In this document: in pieces, positions 28,689-38,887 of the stretch
Layout of the letters: each line of letters opens with the position of its first letter
How positions within the stretch are numbered: the stretch's first letter is position 1
Source of the DNA: an uncultured Gemmatimonadales bacterium
GTDB lineage: Bacteria; Gemmatimonadota; Gemmatimonadetes; Gemmatimonadales; GWC2-71-9
Reading direction: 5' to 3'
Length of the DNA stretch: 64,000 bases
NCBI GenBank assembly: GCA_963728915.1
Contig: CAVSLV010000004.1
Coordinates: 416,001-480,000 of the forward strand
The notes under the pieces: model-generated
Databases searched by the model: none
The model's input: only the letters and a program-made list of their open reading frames with translations
Told to the model about the DNA's origin: nothing
Position numbers and translations under genes: made by a program

Positions 28689-30668
28689 ATGACCGGAGCC
28701 GCCATCACCGGGCCGCCGGTCTATCCCGACCGCCCGATTCCCGGACCGCTGCTCGCGACCCTCACCCTCGCGCGTCAGTACCGCCGGCTGGTGGCCTACG
28801 GGGCATACGCGTTCGCGTCGGTGCTTGCGCTCGGCGCCGCCTTCCTGCTCCGCTTCGAGTTCCAGATCCCTGCCAATTACCAGGCCGCGATCGCGATCCT
28901 CCTGCTCGGGCTGATCCCGTTCCGGATGCTGTTTGCCCGCGGTTTCCGGGTGATGACCGCGCGGTGGCGGTTCGTGGGACCGGACGACCTGATCCGGCTG
29001 GCCGGCGCTTCCACCCTCTCGAGCCTCTGCTTCCTGCTGCTGTTCCGGGGAGTCCTCCGGAGCCCGGGGATCCCGCTCTCCGTGGTGGCGATCGAGTGGG
29101 CCCTCTTCAACTTCGGGGTGGGCGGGATCTGGCTCGGTTACCGATCGCTGTTCCAGATGGTCCGGGCCCGCTATGTCGGAGCGCCGGCGCGGGCCCGCCG
29201 GGTGCTCATCGTCGGGGCGGGAGAGGCCGGCAATTCGCTCCTGACCGAGCTCAGCATCAATCCCGGGAAATACCGGGTCGAAGGGTTCCTCGACGACGAT
29301 CCCCTGAAGAAGGGGACCCGGATTCAGGGTCTCGAAGTGCTGGGCGATACCGCCACCGCCCCGTCGCTCCTCCGGGTCCAGGAAGTGGACGAGATCATCA
29401 TCGCGATTCCCTCCGCCACGCCCGAAGAGCTTCGAAAGATCCTGGCCAATCTGAGCCCGCTGGAGATTCCCTTCCGGGTGCTTCCGGGGATCGCATCGGT
29501 ACTGGAGGGCGAGGTGCGCTCGCACCAGCTCCGGCCGCTCCGGATCGAGGACGTGCTGGCCCGGGACCCCGTCTCCCTCGAGCTTCCCGATCTGGAGCGG
29601 GACCTCCGCGGCCGCACCGTGATGGTGAGCGGCGCGGCCGGATCGATCGGCTCCGAGCTTTGCCGGCAGGTTGCTCTGCACCGGCCCGCCCGGCTGGTGT
29701 TGTTCGACCAGGCCGAGAGCGAGCTCTTTTTTCTGGATCTGGAGCTCAGGGAGAAGTTCCCCTCGGTCGCGATCGAGGCGGTCATCGGCGACGTGCTCGA
29801 CGAGGCCCGGGTCACCGAAATCTTCCTGCGCTACAAGCCCGACCGGATCTACCACACCGCGGCCTACAAGCACGTGCCGCTCATGGAGTCGAATCCCCGG
29901 GAAGCGGTCCGCAACAACGTGCTGGGCACCTGGCAGATCGCCCGGCTGGCGGGGGAGCACCGGCTGGGCCGCTTCGTGCTCATCTCCACCGACAAGGCCG
30001 CCGATCCGAGCAACGTGATGGGGGCGACCAAGCGCGCCGCCGAGCTGGTGGTGCGGGAGCTTCAGACCGCGTATCCATCGACCCACTATGTCGCAGTGCG
30101 GTTCGGCAACGTGCTGGGCAGCAACGGCAGCGTCATTCCGGTGTTCCAGAAGCAGATCGCGTCGGGCGGTCCCATCACCATTACTCATCCCGACGTCACC
30201 CGCTTCTTCATGACCATTCCGGAAGCGGTCAACCTCGTGCTCCAGGCCGGCCTCCTCCAGGAGGCGCGCGGGAAGATCGCGGCGCTGGAGATGGGGCAGC
30301 CGGTCAGGATCGTCGAGCTGGCGCGAAACCTGGTCCGGCTCTCCGGGCTCCGCCCCGAGGTGGACATCCGGTTCGAGTACACCGGATTGCGTCCCGGCGA
30401 GAAGCTGCACGAGACCCTCACCGGGTCGGACGAGCAGCTCCTGACCACCCGGCTCGGCAACGTGAGCATCATCGAGAGCAGCCACTCCCTGCTCGGGGTG
30501 CGGCTGGCGGCGGTGTTGAGCCAGTACCATCGGGAGCGGGCGCTGACCGGCGCTGCCTGCCTGGCCTGGCTCACCGATTTCGTGCTGGGCCGGACCCGCA
30601 CCTCGCCCCCTCGCCCTGTCCCGGCAGCGGCTCCGGAGGAATTCCTGTCCACGGTCTCGGCGCCATGA
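28689..30668 (+). CDS. membrane-bound UDP-GlcNAc 4,6-dehydratase (CapD/PglF/WbpM-like)
   Basis: N-terminal TM helices, GAGEAG, GAAGSIGSELC, AAYKHVP, STDKA, RFGNVLGSNGSV, GLRPGEKL. Confidence 0.92.
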   Translation: MTGAAITGPPVYPDRPIPGPLLATLTLARQYRRLVAYGAYAFASVLALGAAFLLRFEFQIPANYQAAIAILLLGLIPFRMLFARGFRVMTARWRFVGPDDLIRLAGASTLSSLCFLLLFRGVLRSPGIPLSVVAIEWALFNFGVGGIWLGYRSLFQMVRARYVGAPARARRVLIVGAGEAGNSLLTELSINPGKYRVEGFLDDDPLKKGTRIQGLEVLGDTATAPSLLRVQEVDEIIIAIPSATPEELRKILANLSPLEIPFRVLPGIASVLEGEVRSHQLRPLRIEDVLARDPVSLELPDLERDLRGRTVMVSGAAGSIGSELCRQVALHRPARLVLFDQAESELFFLDLELREKFPSVAIEAVIGDVLDEARVTEIFLRYKPDRIYHTAAYKHVPLMESNPREAVRNNVLGTWQIARLAGEHRLGRFVLISTDKAADPSNVMGATKRAAELVVRELQTAYPSTHYVAVRFGNVLGSNGSVIPVFQKQIASGGPITITHPDVTRFFMTIPEAVNLVLQAGLLQEARGKIAALEMGQPVRIVELARNLVRLSGLRPEVDIRFEYTGLRPGEKLHETLTGSDEQLLTTRLGNVSIIESSHSLLGVRLAAVLSQYHRERALTGAACLAWLTDFVLGRTRTSPPRPVPAAAPEEFLSTVSAP

Positions 30669-31282
30669 TCCGGAGACTCCTCTTTGCGGCGGCGGTGCTC
30701 GGCGCGGGTTCGCTCCAGGCCCAGGCCGATGGTCCGACCAACGGCGCCGATCTCCTGGTCCGTGCCGGAGACATCGTGCGGATCACGGTCTGGCGCCAGC
30801 AGGAGCTGTCGGGCGAGTTCACCGTGGGCCAGGATGGCGGGATCAACCATCCGCTCTATCGCAGCGTGAAGGCTGCCGGCACCACGGTGCAGCAGGTGAA
30901 CGAGGCGATCGGGAAGTTCCTGCTCGAGTTCGAGGAGCAGCCCCAGTACGTGGTCGAGGTGCTGTTCCCGATTCCGGTGGCGGGCGAGGTCCGTCAGCCC
31001 AACGCGTATCCGATGCCGGCGGGAAGCACGGTGATCGAGGCGATGGCGCGGGCCGGCGGGCGCACCGATCGGGGCCGGACCGACCGGATCAAGCTGCGCC
31101 GGGAAGGGAAGGAGTATCGGATCGACCTGACCGATCCGTCCTCGGTCCGCTACCACACCGTCCTCCAATCCGGCGATGAGCTGGTGATCGAGCGGCGTCA
31201 CAACTTCTGGAGCGGGGTGATGCTGCCGTTCTTCTCGGTGCTGGGCGCTGCGGCCTCGATCTACCGGGTGGCCATACGATGA
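30665..31282 (+). CDS. wza: polysaccharide export protein (Poly_export + SLBB)
   Basis: GDIVRITVW...LSGEFTV..DG.I, GEVRQP, LQSGDEL; ATGA overlap. Confidence 0.75.
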   Translation: MIRRLLFAAAVLGAGSLQAQADGPTNGADLLVRAGDIVRITVWRQQELSGEFTVGQDGGINHPLYRSVKAAGTTVQQVNEAIGKFLLEFEEQPQYVVEVLFPIPVAGEVRQPNAYPMPAGSTVIEAMARAGGRTDRGRTDRIKLRREGKEYRIDLTDPSSVRYHTVLQSGDELVIERRHNFWSGVMLPFFSVLGAAASIYRVAIR

Positions 31283-33693
31283 TCGACAGCCGGCGCCGCG
31301 GACATGGTGAAGCCCAGGTCCATCAGCAGCCGGAACAGGAAAGCATCCTCGATCTCCGCGAGGTGCTGGGGATTCTCCGCCGCCGGATCTGGCTGGTTGC
31401 GATCTGCGTCGTGCTCGGCACCGCGGCGGGATGGTACATCGCCCACCGGCAGCCGCCGGTCTGGCGCGCCAAGGCGGTGATCCGGGTGGACGATCCCACC
31501 CTCCAGATGAGTGGCCAGCTCGCGGGCGGGCCGCAGATGGGCTACCGCACCGACCCGATCCAGTCCACCCTCGAGACCATGACCAGCCCGGGCACACTCG
31601 GCGCGATCGTGGACCAGGAGTGGCTCCGGGTCAGGTCGCTCAGCCAGGGTTTTCCGGTTTCGGCGCTCCAGGGAATCAAGGTCCCGGAGATCGCGCCCAC
31701 CGACACCATCGTGCTGCGGTTTCTGGAAGACTCGGTGACCGCGCGCTCCCTCCGTTCCGGAATCACGACCGGCCGGAAATACGGTGAGGTACTGGTGCTC
31801 GGACCGGTGCAGCTCGCGGTCGGGTCGCGCCCGGATGGAATTGCTGAAGCAGCCTTGCTGATCGGGGACCGGCAGGAAACCATCGGCTGGCTCGCCGGGA
31901 AGCTCACTACGAAGATCCGGGCCAGCACCAACATCGTGGACGTGGCGTTCATCGCGTCGGCGCCCGGGCTGGCTCAGCGGGTGGTGAACCGCGCCGTCAA
32001 CGTGTTCGAGGAGCGGAGCCGGGACATGGCCCGCGCGGTGTCCACCCGGAAGCGGGAGTTCCTGGAGGGCCAGCTCGCCCAGGCCGACACCCTGATGCGG
32101 CGGGCCCAGGACAGCCTGAGCGACTTCCGAAACAGGACCCGCACTTTCTCCAGCGAGGCGCGGGCTACCGCCCAGCAGACCGGCCTCATGACCATCGAGA
32201 TGCGGCGGGAGGAGCTTCGGGCCGACCGGCAGATGTACCGGATGCTGCTCGATGGATTACACCAGGCCCAGGGCGAGCAGGCCGCCCGCCGGCTTCAGGC
32301 CCTGGCCGCCACTCCCGAAATCGCTTCCAACCCGATCGTCGGGGCGCTCTTTACCCAGCTCCTTGGCTACGAGACCAGGCGCGACAGCATGACCAGCGGG
32401 CGGTGGGGGGCCTCGGCCCGTAACCCCGATCTCCAGCAGGTCATTCAGCAGATCGGGGTAACCCGGCAGCGGCTGGAGGAGGCGCTCAACAGCCACATGC
32501 AGGCGGTGGACGCGCGGCTCGCCTCGATCGACTCGCTGCGGAACCGGACCGCGAACCAGATCGCGGGGCTGCCGGAGTCCGAGGCCGCCGAGGCCCGGCT
32601 GCTTCAGCAGGTCCAGTCCATGGGCGCCTCCCTGGAGAGCATCCGGGAGGAGCTCTACAAGGCGCGGATCGCCGAGGCGGTGGAAGCCGGTCCGGTCAGC
32701 ATTGTGGACCTCTCGCCTCTTCCTGAGAAGCCAGAGCAGAGCAAGCTGCCGATGCTCCTCGGCATGGGGTTTCTGCTCGGGCTTCTCACCGGAAGCACCG
32801 GGGCCTTCGTGCGGGAGATCCTGAACACCAAGATTCGAGATCGGAGCCAACTCGAGGTGGCGGTGCGGGCCCGGATGCTCGGCGCCATTCCGAAGCTGCC
32901 CCGATTGGCGAATGGCTGGAAGGGGCGCAAGCTGATCGGGAAGGCGACCAATGGCACGAATGGCCATGGCAACGGCAATGGCAACGGGCATAACCCGGAG
33001 CTCGTCACGGTCAAGGAGCGGCGTTCCCATATGGCCGAAGCGTTCCGGACCCTGCGGACCAATCTGTTGTTCGCGGAGGATGGCGAGTCGGTCAAGACCC
33101 TGGTGATTACCAGTCCGGCGCCCGGGGAAGGGAAGACCACCACCGCGGCGAACCTGGCGGTGACCTATGCGCAGCAGGGCCTCAAGGTGCTGCTGGTGGA
33201 TTGTGACCTCCGGAAGCCCAGGCTCGCCGAGCTGTTCGAGATCAATCGAAAACCTGGACTCGCCGAGCTACTGGTGGGCGAATCGAGCTGGGAGGAGGCG
33301 ATCCGGCCGGTGGCCGGGGTGGAGGGGCTCTCGATTCTGCCGGCGGGCACCCTGCCGCCCAACCCCACAGAGATGCTGGGTTCCGCGGTGATGCGGGATC
33401 TGCTGGCGGCGCTACGGGAGAAGTTCGATGTGGTCATTATGGATACGCCGCCGCTCGCGGGCGGAGCGGACGCGGCCATCCTTGGTGGAGCGTCCGACGG
33501 GGTGCTCCTGGTAGCGAAGGCAGGCGCTACGCACCAACAGGGGGCGCGGCTTGCGGCACGTGAGCTTAGGGCGGTTGGGGCCAAGGTGGTGGGTGCAGTG
33601 ATGAACGATCCCGCGGGCGAGCTGCCGAGGTATGGCGACAATGCATACTACTACTACCAGTACGAGTACTACGGTGACCGCGACAAGACCTGA
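31279..33693 (+). CDS. wzc: polysaccharide co-polymerase / BY-kinase
   Basis: Wzz-like N-terminus, EAFRTLRTNL, Walker A PGEGKTT, VDCDLRKP, DTPP, C-terminal Tyr cluster. Confidence 0.9.
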   Translation: MIDSRRRGHGEAQVHQQPEQESILDLREVLGILRRRIWLVAICVVLGTAAGWYIAHRQPPVWRAKAVIRVDDPTLQMSGQLAGGPQMGYRTDPIQSTLETMTSPGTLGAIVDQEWLRVRSLSQGFPVSALQGIKVPEIAPTDTIVLRFLEDSVTARSLRSGITTGRKYGEVLVLGPVQLAVGSRPDGIAEAALLIGDRQETIGWLAGKLTTKIRASTNIVDVAFIASAPGLAQRVVNRAVNVFEERSRDMARAVSTRKREFLEGQLAQADTLMRRAQDSLSDFRNRTRTFSSEARATAQQTGLMTIEMRREELRADRQMYRMLLDGLHQAQGEQAARRLQALAATPEIASNPIVGALFTQLLGYETRRDSMTSGRWGASARNPDLQQVIQQIGVTRQRLEEALNSHMQAVDARLASIDSLRNRTANQIAGLPESEAAEARLLQQVQSMGASLESIREELYKARIAEAVEAGPVSIVDLSPLPEKPEQSKLPMLLGMGFLLGLLTGSTGAFVREILNTKIRDRSQLEVAVRARMLGAIPKLPRLANGWKGRKLIGKATNGTNGHGNGNGNGHNPELVTVKERRSHMAEAFRTLRTNLLFAEDGESVKTLVITSPAPGEGKTTTAANLAVTYAQQGLKVLLVDCDLRKPRLAELFEINRKPGLAELLVGESSWEEAIRPVAGVEGLSILPAGTLPPNPTEMLGSAVMRDLLAALREKFDVVIMDTPPLAGGADAAILGGASDGVLLVAKAGATHQQGARLAARELRAVGAKVVGAVMNDPAGELPRYGDNAYYYYQYEYYGDRDKT

Positions 33694-35485
33694 GCCGAGA
33701 ACGACCATCGGGAAGATCCTGTCGCTGCTCACGCCGCGGGAGCGGAAGCAGGGGCTGCTTGTCCTGGGGCTCATGCTGGTGACCGCGCTGCTGGATACCG
33801 CGGGCGTTGCCTCGATCATGCCGTTCCTCGCAGTGCTCGGAAACCCCGAGCTGATCCGCAACAATCAGCTTCTCGCCTGGCTGTACGAGCGAGGAGGATT
33901 TGCCTCCAGCAACTCGTTCCTGTTTGCGCTCGGCGGCGGTGCTTTCATCCTCGTGGTGGTTTCGGCGGGAATCCGAATTACGGGGACCTATGCCACGAAC
34001 CGATATGCGCAGATGAGGCGGTACACGATCGGCAATCGTCTACTCGAGACGTACTTGCGCCAACCTTACGAGTTCTTTCTGAATCGCAACAGCGCCGACT
34101 TTTCGAAAAGCATCCTGTCCGAGGTCGATCAGGTCATCAACTTCGTGCTCCAGCCATTATTGAATGCGATTAGCTACGGGCTTGTGATCCTCGCAATGAT
34201 GGCGCTGCTCATCACCCTGAGCCCGGGAGTAGCCTTGGTTACGGCGCTCCTCATCGGCGGCGCTTATGGTGGGATCTACTGGAGGATCCGGAAACTAGTA
34301 CGGTCCATCGGTCTGGACCGGGTGGCTGCGAACCGGGAGAGATACCTAGCAGCGTCCGAGGCGTTCGGTGGGATCAAGGATCTCAAAGTATTGGGAAGGG
34401 AGGAGGCATACATTGCCAGGTTCCGTGCTCCGTCAGCACGGTTTTCCCGAAGTCTGGCGGCCCAGACCACCCTGTCCCAAGTGCCAAAGTACCTGATCGA
34501 GGCGATAGGGTTCGGCGGTTTGCTGGCGCTCGCCCTGGCTCTCCTGGGCACCGGGGCCGCTACGGAGACCCTGCTTCCGCTACTCGGCTTGTATGCCTTT
34601 GCAGGATACCGGCTTCTCCCCGCAGCGCAGCAGGTCTTCCTCGGTGCGTCTCAACTTCGCTTTGGCATTCCTTCACTGGACGAGATTCGCAGCGATCTCG
34701 CAAGCTGGCGGCCGGCGGACAGGCCAACGCTACCCCGAGCTCAGCGAGAATCGTTGGCAATGGGAATCAGGTTCGAGAATGTCTGGTATCGATATCCCGG
34801 CGGCGCGGCTCCGGTAATACGGGGGCTCGATTTGACAATCAACGCGGGATCCTTTGTAGCGTTCGTCGGTGCTACCGGGGCGGGCAAGACGACCGTGGTG
34901 GACTTGCTCCTCGGTCTGCTCCTGCCAAGCCACGGCCGAATCTTGATCGATGACGAACCTCTGGCTGAGGAGACACTTCGTCCCTGGCAGACCTCAATTG
35001 GCTACGTACCGCAACAGATTTACCTCTCTGATGCGTCAATCGCGGAGAACATCGCATTCGGGGTCAGACCGGACCAGGTTGACTTCGACGCAGTTGAGAC
35101 CGCAGCCCGTGCGGCACAGTTGCACACCTTCGTCAAAGAGAGCCTGCCAAAAGGGTACTCCACGGTAATAGGGGAACGAGGAGTTCGGCTCTCAGGTGGC
35201 GAGCGGCAACGCCTGGGTATTGCGCGTGCGTTGTATCACCGTCCGTCCACGCTGGTTCTGGACGAGGCGACTAACGCTCTCGATCCAGCTACCGAAAGAG
35301 CTGTATTGGAGGCTGTCGCAGCCCTCAAGGGAAACCTGACCGTGATCATGGTTACTCACCGTCTCGGCATGACCGAGAGATGTGATCCGGTTGTGGTCCT
35401 TGAGAACGGCGAAGTAAAGGGGATCGGTTCGTTCTCCATGCTCGAGCAGCGCAACTCCGCGTTCCGGCACGTTGCCGTAGCGTGA
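33674..35485 (+). CDS. ABC transporter permease/ATPase (PglK/WlaB-like glycan flippase)
   Basis: TM domain, GATGAGKTT, LSGGERQR, LVLDEATNALD. Confidence 0.85.
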   Translation: MTATRPEPRTTIGKILSLLTPRERKQGLLVLGLMLVTALLDTAGVASIMPFLAVLGNPELIRNNQLLAWLYERGGFASSNSFLFALGGGAFILVVVSAGIRITGTYATNRYAQMRRYTIGNRLLETYLRQPYEFFLNRNSADFSKSILSEVDQVINFVLQPLLNAISYGLVILAMMALLITLSPGVALVTALLIGGAYGGIYWRIRKLVRSIGLDRVAANRERYLAASEAFGGIKDLKVLGREEAYIARFRAPSARFSRSLAAQTTLSQVPKYLIEAIGFGGLLALALALLGTGAATETLLPLLGLYAFAGYRLLPAAQQVFLGASQLRFGIPSLDEIRSDLASWRPADRPTLPRAQRESLAMGIRFENVWYRYPGGAAPVIRGLDLTINAGSFVAFVGATGAGKTTVVDLLLGLLLPSHGRILIDDEPLAEETLRPWQTSIGYVPQQIYLSDASIAENIAFGVRPDQVDFDAVETAARAAQLHTFVKESLPKGYSTVIGERGVRLSGGERQRLGIARALYHRPSTLVLDEATNALDPATERAVLEAVAALKGNLTVIMVTHRLGMTERCDPVVVLENGEVKGIGSFSMLEQRNSAFRHVAVA

Positions 35486-35629
35486 CCGGCAACAGCACTT
35501 TTGCGATGTCGCCATCGTTGTTCATCCCCAAACAGGACCTGCAGTGAACCGGCCGTCGGGATACTCGACCCGCGATCGCCGCGTAAGCGTGGTGTACCGA
35601 GGCGAAGCTATCACGCGGTGCGGTGTGGC

Positions 35630-36757
35630 ATGAGAGTGGTTCAGCTCATTACGCGCCGCCAACGGCGCGGTGCCGAGGTGTTTGCCTGTCAACTGGGAGA
35701 TGCGTTGGCGCGACGGGGCCATACGGTGACACTCGTAGGTCTGTACCGGCCATCGGGCGCGCCACTCTCGCCGACTAGCGCGTGGTCCTACGACATGGGA
35801 ATGGTGCGAAGGAGAATCCCTGGAGTACGAGGCATTCGGGCCCTGAGGGCGTTGCTCAACCGACTGTCGCCGGATGTGGTGCAGGCCAATGCCTCGGATA
35901 CCCTGGAGTATGGCGCCATGTCCCGGATGTTCGGGCCACCGGCTTGGCGCCTGGTATATCGGAATGCCAATCTCTCTTCGCCGTGGATGCGTTCAGGGGT
36001 GCAGCGAGCGATAGGGCGATGGTGGCTACGCTCCGTGGATCATGTCATATCGGTCAGCGAGACCTGCCGTCGCGACTTCGTCGAAACCTACAGGTTTCAG
36101 GACGAGCGGGTTTCTGTCATCACCATTGGCACACCGATACCGAGCCACTCGAAGCGGGTTGACGCGCGTGTCCACCTGCTGCAGGCCACAGGCTTGTCGG
36201 ACAAGACGGACGTCCTGCTTTCAGTCGCGGGGTTCGTCCCTGAGAAGAACCACCTGTGGCTGCTCGATGCATTTGCACGGATTTCTGAACATCATCCCTC
36301 CACGGCTCTGGTCCTGATCGGAGATGGACCACTCAGACCCCAGATAGAAACGAAGATAGCGAATCTGCAACTCTCTGAGCGAGTACGGCTACTTGGTAGT
36401 CGAGAGGATGCCTCTGAGCTGACAGAGGGAGCGGATCTTATGGTTCTTCCGAGCCTGATTGAGGGACTACCAGGCGCCATTCTGGAAGCTGGTGCAGCCG
36501 GGATTCCGTGCGTGGCGAGCCGGATTGGAGGAATACCGGAAGTGGTGAACCACGGCGAGACGGGTGTGCTGGTGCCGCCGGGGGACTCGGAGGCTTTCTG
36601 CGGAGCCGTTCTCGAGCTGCTCAAGAATAGCGTCCTGAGAAGCCAGATGGGCCTGGCAGCGCGTGCGCGGATCCAGCAACGGTTCGAGCTTGAGAAGGTC
36701 GTGGATCAGTTCGAGGCGCGCTATGAAACACTGATACGAGCGAGGCCGCAGCACTGA
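35630..36757 (+). CDS. GT4 glycosyltransferase
   Basis: RRGAE, EKNH, EGLPGAILEA, GGIPEVV. Confidence 0.88.
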   Translation: MRVVQLITRRQRRGAEVFACQLGDALARRGHTVTLVGLYRPSGAPLSPTSAWSYDMGMVRRRIPGVRGIRALRALLNRLSPDVVQANASDTLEYGAMSRMFGPPAWRLVYRNANLSSPWMRSGVQRAIGRWWLRSVDHVISVSETCRRDFVETYRFQDERVSVITIGTPIPSHSKRVDARVHLLQATGLSDKTDVLLSVAGFVPEKNHLWLLDAFARISEHHPSTALVLIGDGPLRPQIETKIANLQLSERVRLLGSREDASELTEGADLMVLPSLIEGLPGAILEAGAAGIPCVASRIGGIPEVVNHGETGVLVPPGDSEAFCGAVLELLKNSVLRSQMGLAARARIQQRFELEKVVDQFEARYETLIRARPQH

Positions 36758-37864
36758 ATGCGCATCCTGCATTTGATCAAAGGCCTTGGGCGAGGTGGCG
36801 CCGAGCGGCTTCTTGTCGCCGGCCTGGACCATGCGGATCGAACGCGCTTCGAGTACCAGTATGCGTACTGTCTCCCTCGTAAGGACGCACTGGTTGAGGA
36901 GCTGAGGGCGCGCGGAGCCAAGGTCACGTGTTTCGCCGCTCGGAGGCCGACGAGTGCCATTGGCGTCAGCAGCAAGGTCGCGCGCTATTGTCGAGCGCAG
37001 GGCGTCCATTTGATCCATTCCCACTTGCCATGGACTGGTACGATCGGACGACTCGCCGGAATCCGCGCTCATGTTCCGGTCGTCTATTCGGAGCACAACA
37101 AGCAAGAGCGTTATCACCCGCTCACTCGTTTCGCTGGCTGGTGCACCTGGAGATGGCAAAGGGAAGTCATTGCAGTCTCTGAGTCGGTCAAGGACAGTAT
37201 CGAGCGAAGCTTGGGAACGAAGGTGCCGGTACGAGTCGTTCAGAATGGGATAGATGGGCGGGTATTCCAGAGGACCTCCGCACAAGGCGAAGGGATCCGC
37301 GCCAAGCTCGGGATCCAGGCCGGATCTCCTGTAGTCGGTACGGTTGCTGTATTCAGAGCGCAGAAGAGGCTTGACCGATGGGTTAAGGCCGCCGCACTCA
37401 TTCGTGCCAGCCAACCCTCTGCTCGCTTTCTCATGGTAGGTGATGGACCGCTGATGCCTGGAATCCGCGAGGCGGCTCGAGCTGCCAGCTTGGGGGATGC
37501 CGTGTACTTCGCCGGACTACAGGAGGATGTGCGGCCATGGCTCTCGGCTATGGACGTCTTCATGATGACCTCTGAAGTCGAAGGTTTGCCTGTCGCACTT
37601 CTGGAAGCGATGGCCATGGAATGCGTCCCGGCTGCGTTCGCCGTGGGCGGCATCCCCGAGGTGGTTACCGACTCACGAAACGGAATCTTGGAGAAACCAG
37701 GGGGGATCGATGCCCTTGCCCGGCGAGTGTCGGACCTGCTGGCGAATCCGGCCGCGGTTAGGGGAATGGGCTGGGCCGGAAGAGCTGCCGTGGTAGGACA
37801 ATTCGGAATCGGGCGGATGACACGACAAATCGAGGCGCTCTATGCCTCCATTCTGTGGGGCTGA
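36758..37864 (+). CDS. GT4 glycosyltransferase
   Basis: GLGRGGAE, EGLPVALLEAMA, GGIPEVV. Confidence 0.9.
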   Translation: MRILHLIKGLGRGGAERLLVAGLDHADRTRFEYQYAYCLPRKDALVEELRARGAKVTCFAARRPTSAIGVSSKVARYCRAQGVHLIHSHLPWTGTIGRLAGIRAHVPVVYSEHNKQERYHPLTRFAGWCTWRWQREVIAVSESVKDSIERSLGTKVPVRVVQNGIDGRVFQRTSAQGEGIRAKLGIQAGSPVVGTVAVFRAQKRLDRWVKAAALIRASQPSARFLMVGDGPLMPGIREAARAASLGDAVYFAGLQEDVRPWLSAMDVFMMTSEVEGLPVALLEAMAMECVPAAFAVGGIPEVVTDSRNGILEKPGGIDALARRVSDLLANPAAVRGMGWAGRAAVVGQFGIGRMTRQIEALYASILWG

Positions 37865-37865
37865 A

Positions 37866-38885
37866 ATGCGGGGCCAGGATTACAGCATTCGAGAGATGGA
37901 GCCGTCGGATCTTCCCGCAGTGGTCGAGCTCATGAGTCTCGGTTTGGGAGAAGGCCAATTGCCGCGCCATCCTGCGGCGTGGAACTGGAAGCATGAGAGT
38001 AACCCGTTCGGAAGGTCTTTGGTGCTTGTGGCAGAGGCGAGCGGGTTGGTGATCGGGCATCGGGCCTTCATGCGTTGGGTATTGCAACAAAACGGATCTA
38101 CTATGGGGGCCTTTCGAGCGGTGGATACCGTGACCCATCCATCCTGGCAGGGTAGCGGGGTGTTCCGGCACCTCACATCCAAGTTGCTGGACCGACTGCC
38201 TGAAAACGGGGCTGGGCTCGTGTTTAATACGCCCAACAATCGGAGTCTTCCCGGGTACCTGAAAATGGGATGGCGTGTGGCAGGTCGACCGCCCATCTGG
38301 ATCAAGCCGCTGCGGCCATTTCGCACCGCCTGGGGACAATGGGGTCGGAGCCGGACGTCGGCAGGGTCTGGGAATGCACCACGTCCATCTGGCGATCTGA
38401 ACGAGCTGCTGTCATCTCCGTGGTTGTCTCGCTTTCTCGAGCAGCTTCGGGGCAATGATCGGCACCGTTTGATGACTCCGCGAACCACCGAATACCTCCG
38501 CTGGCGTTATGCCGAAGTGCCCGGCATCCGGTACCATGGTCGTGGGGTCTTTCGCGACAATGCAGGTGCCATTTTGATCTGGCGTGTCCGGCAGCGGCAC
38601 CGACTGTCAGAACTGCGAGTGTGCGAGCTGATGCTGACCCCGGGAGCGACAGGGGTAGCGCTCGTAACTGACCTCCTCTCCAGAACACTTCGGGAATCGA
38701 CTGGGGACCTTGCCTCGATGGTTGCGACCCCGGATTCCCCAGAGCGCACGATCGGCATTAGACTGGGCTTCCTGCCCAGTCCGAAGCGGCCGGTCCTTGC
38801 CGTGCGCCGTCTGAATAGCGAAGGATCCCAATTTCAGCACATTCGTCAGTGGCGGCTTTCCGCTGGCGACCTGGAGCTCTTCTGA
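37866..38885 (+). CDS. GNAT family N-acetyltransferase
   Basis: WNWKHESNPFG, VDTVTHPSWQGSGVF acetyl-CoA motif, FNTPNNRSLPGYLKMGW. Confidence 0.82.
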   Translation: MRGQDYSIREMEPSDLPAVVELMSLGLGEGQLPRHPAAWNWKHESNPFGRSLVLVAEASGLVIGHRAFMRWVLQQNGSTMGAFRAVDTVTHPSWQGSGVFRHLTSKLLDRLPENGAGLVFNTPNNRSLPGYLKMGWRVAGRPPIWIKPLRPFRTAWGQWGRSRTSAGSGNAPRPSGDLNELLSSPWLSRFLEQLRGNDRHRLMTPRTTEYLRWRYAEVPGIRYHGRGVFRDNAGAILIWRVRQRHRLSELRVCELMLTPGATGVALVTDLLSRTLRESTGDLASMVATPDSPERTIGIRLGFLPSPKRPVLAVRRLNSEGSQFQHIRQWRLSAGDLELF

Positions 38886-38887
38886 TC

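Noticed and set aside
28964..30664. 772-aa version of the Wza ORF
   Set aside because: Upstream part is an alternate frame of the dehydratase; the real start is ATG 30665 with a signal peptide
32950..32995. AATGGC/AACGGC repeats in wzc
   Set aside because: Coding Asn-Gly linker; in frame and without inverted partner
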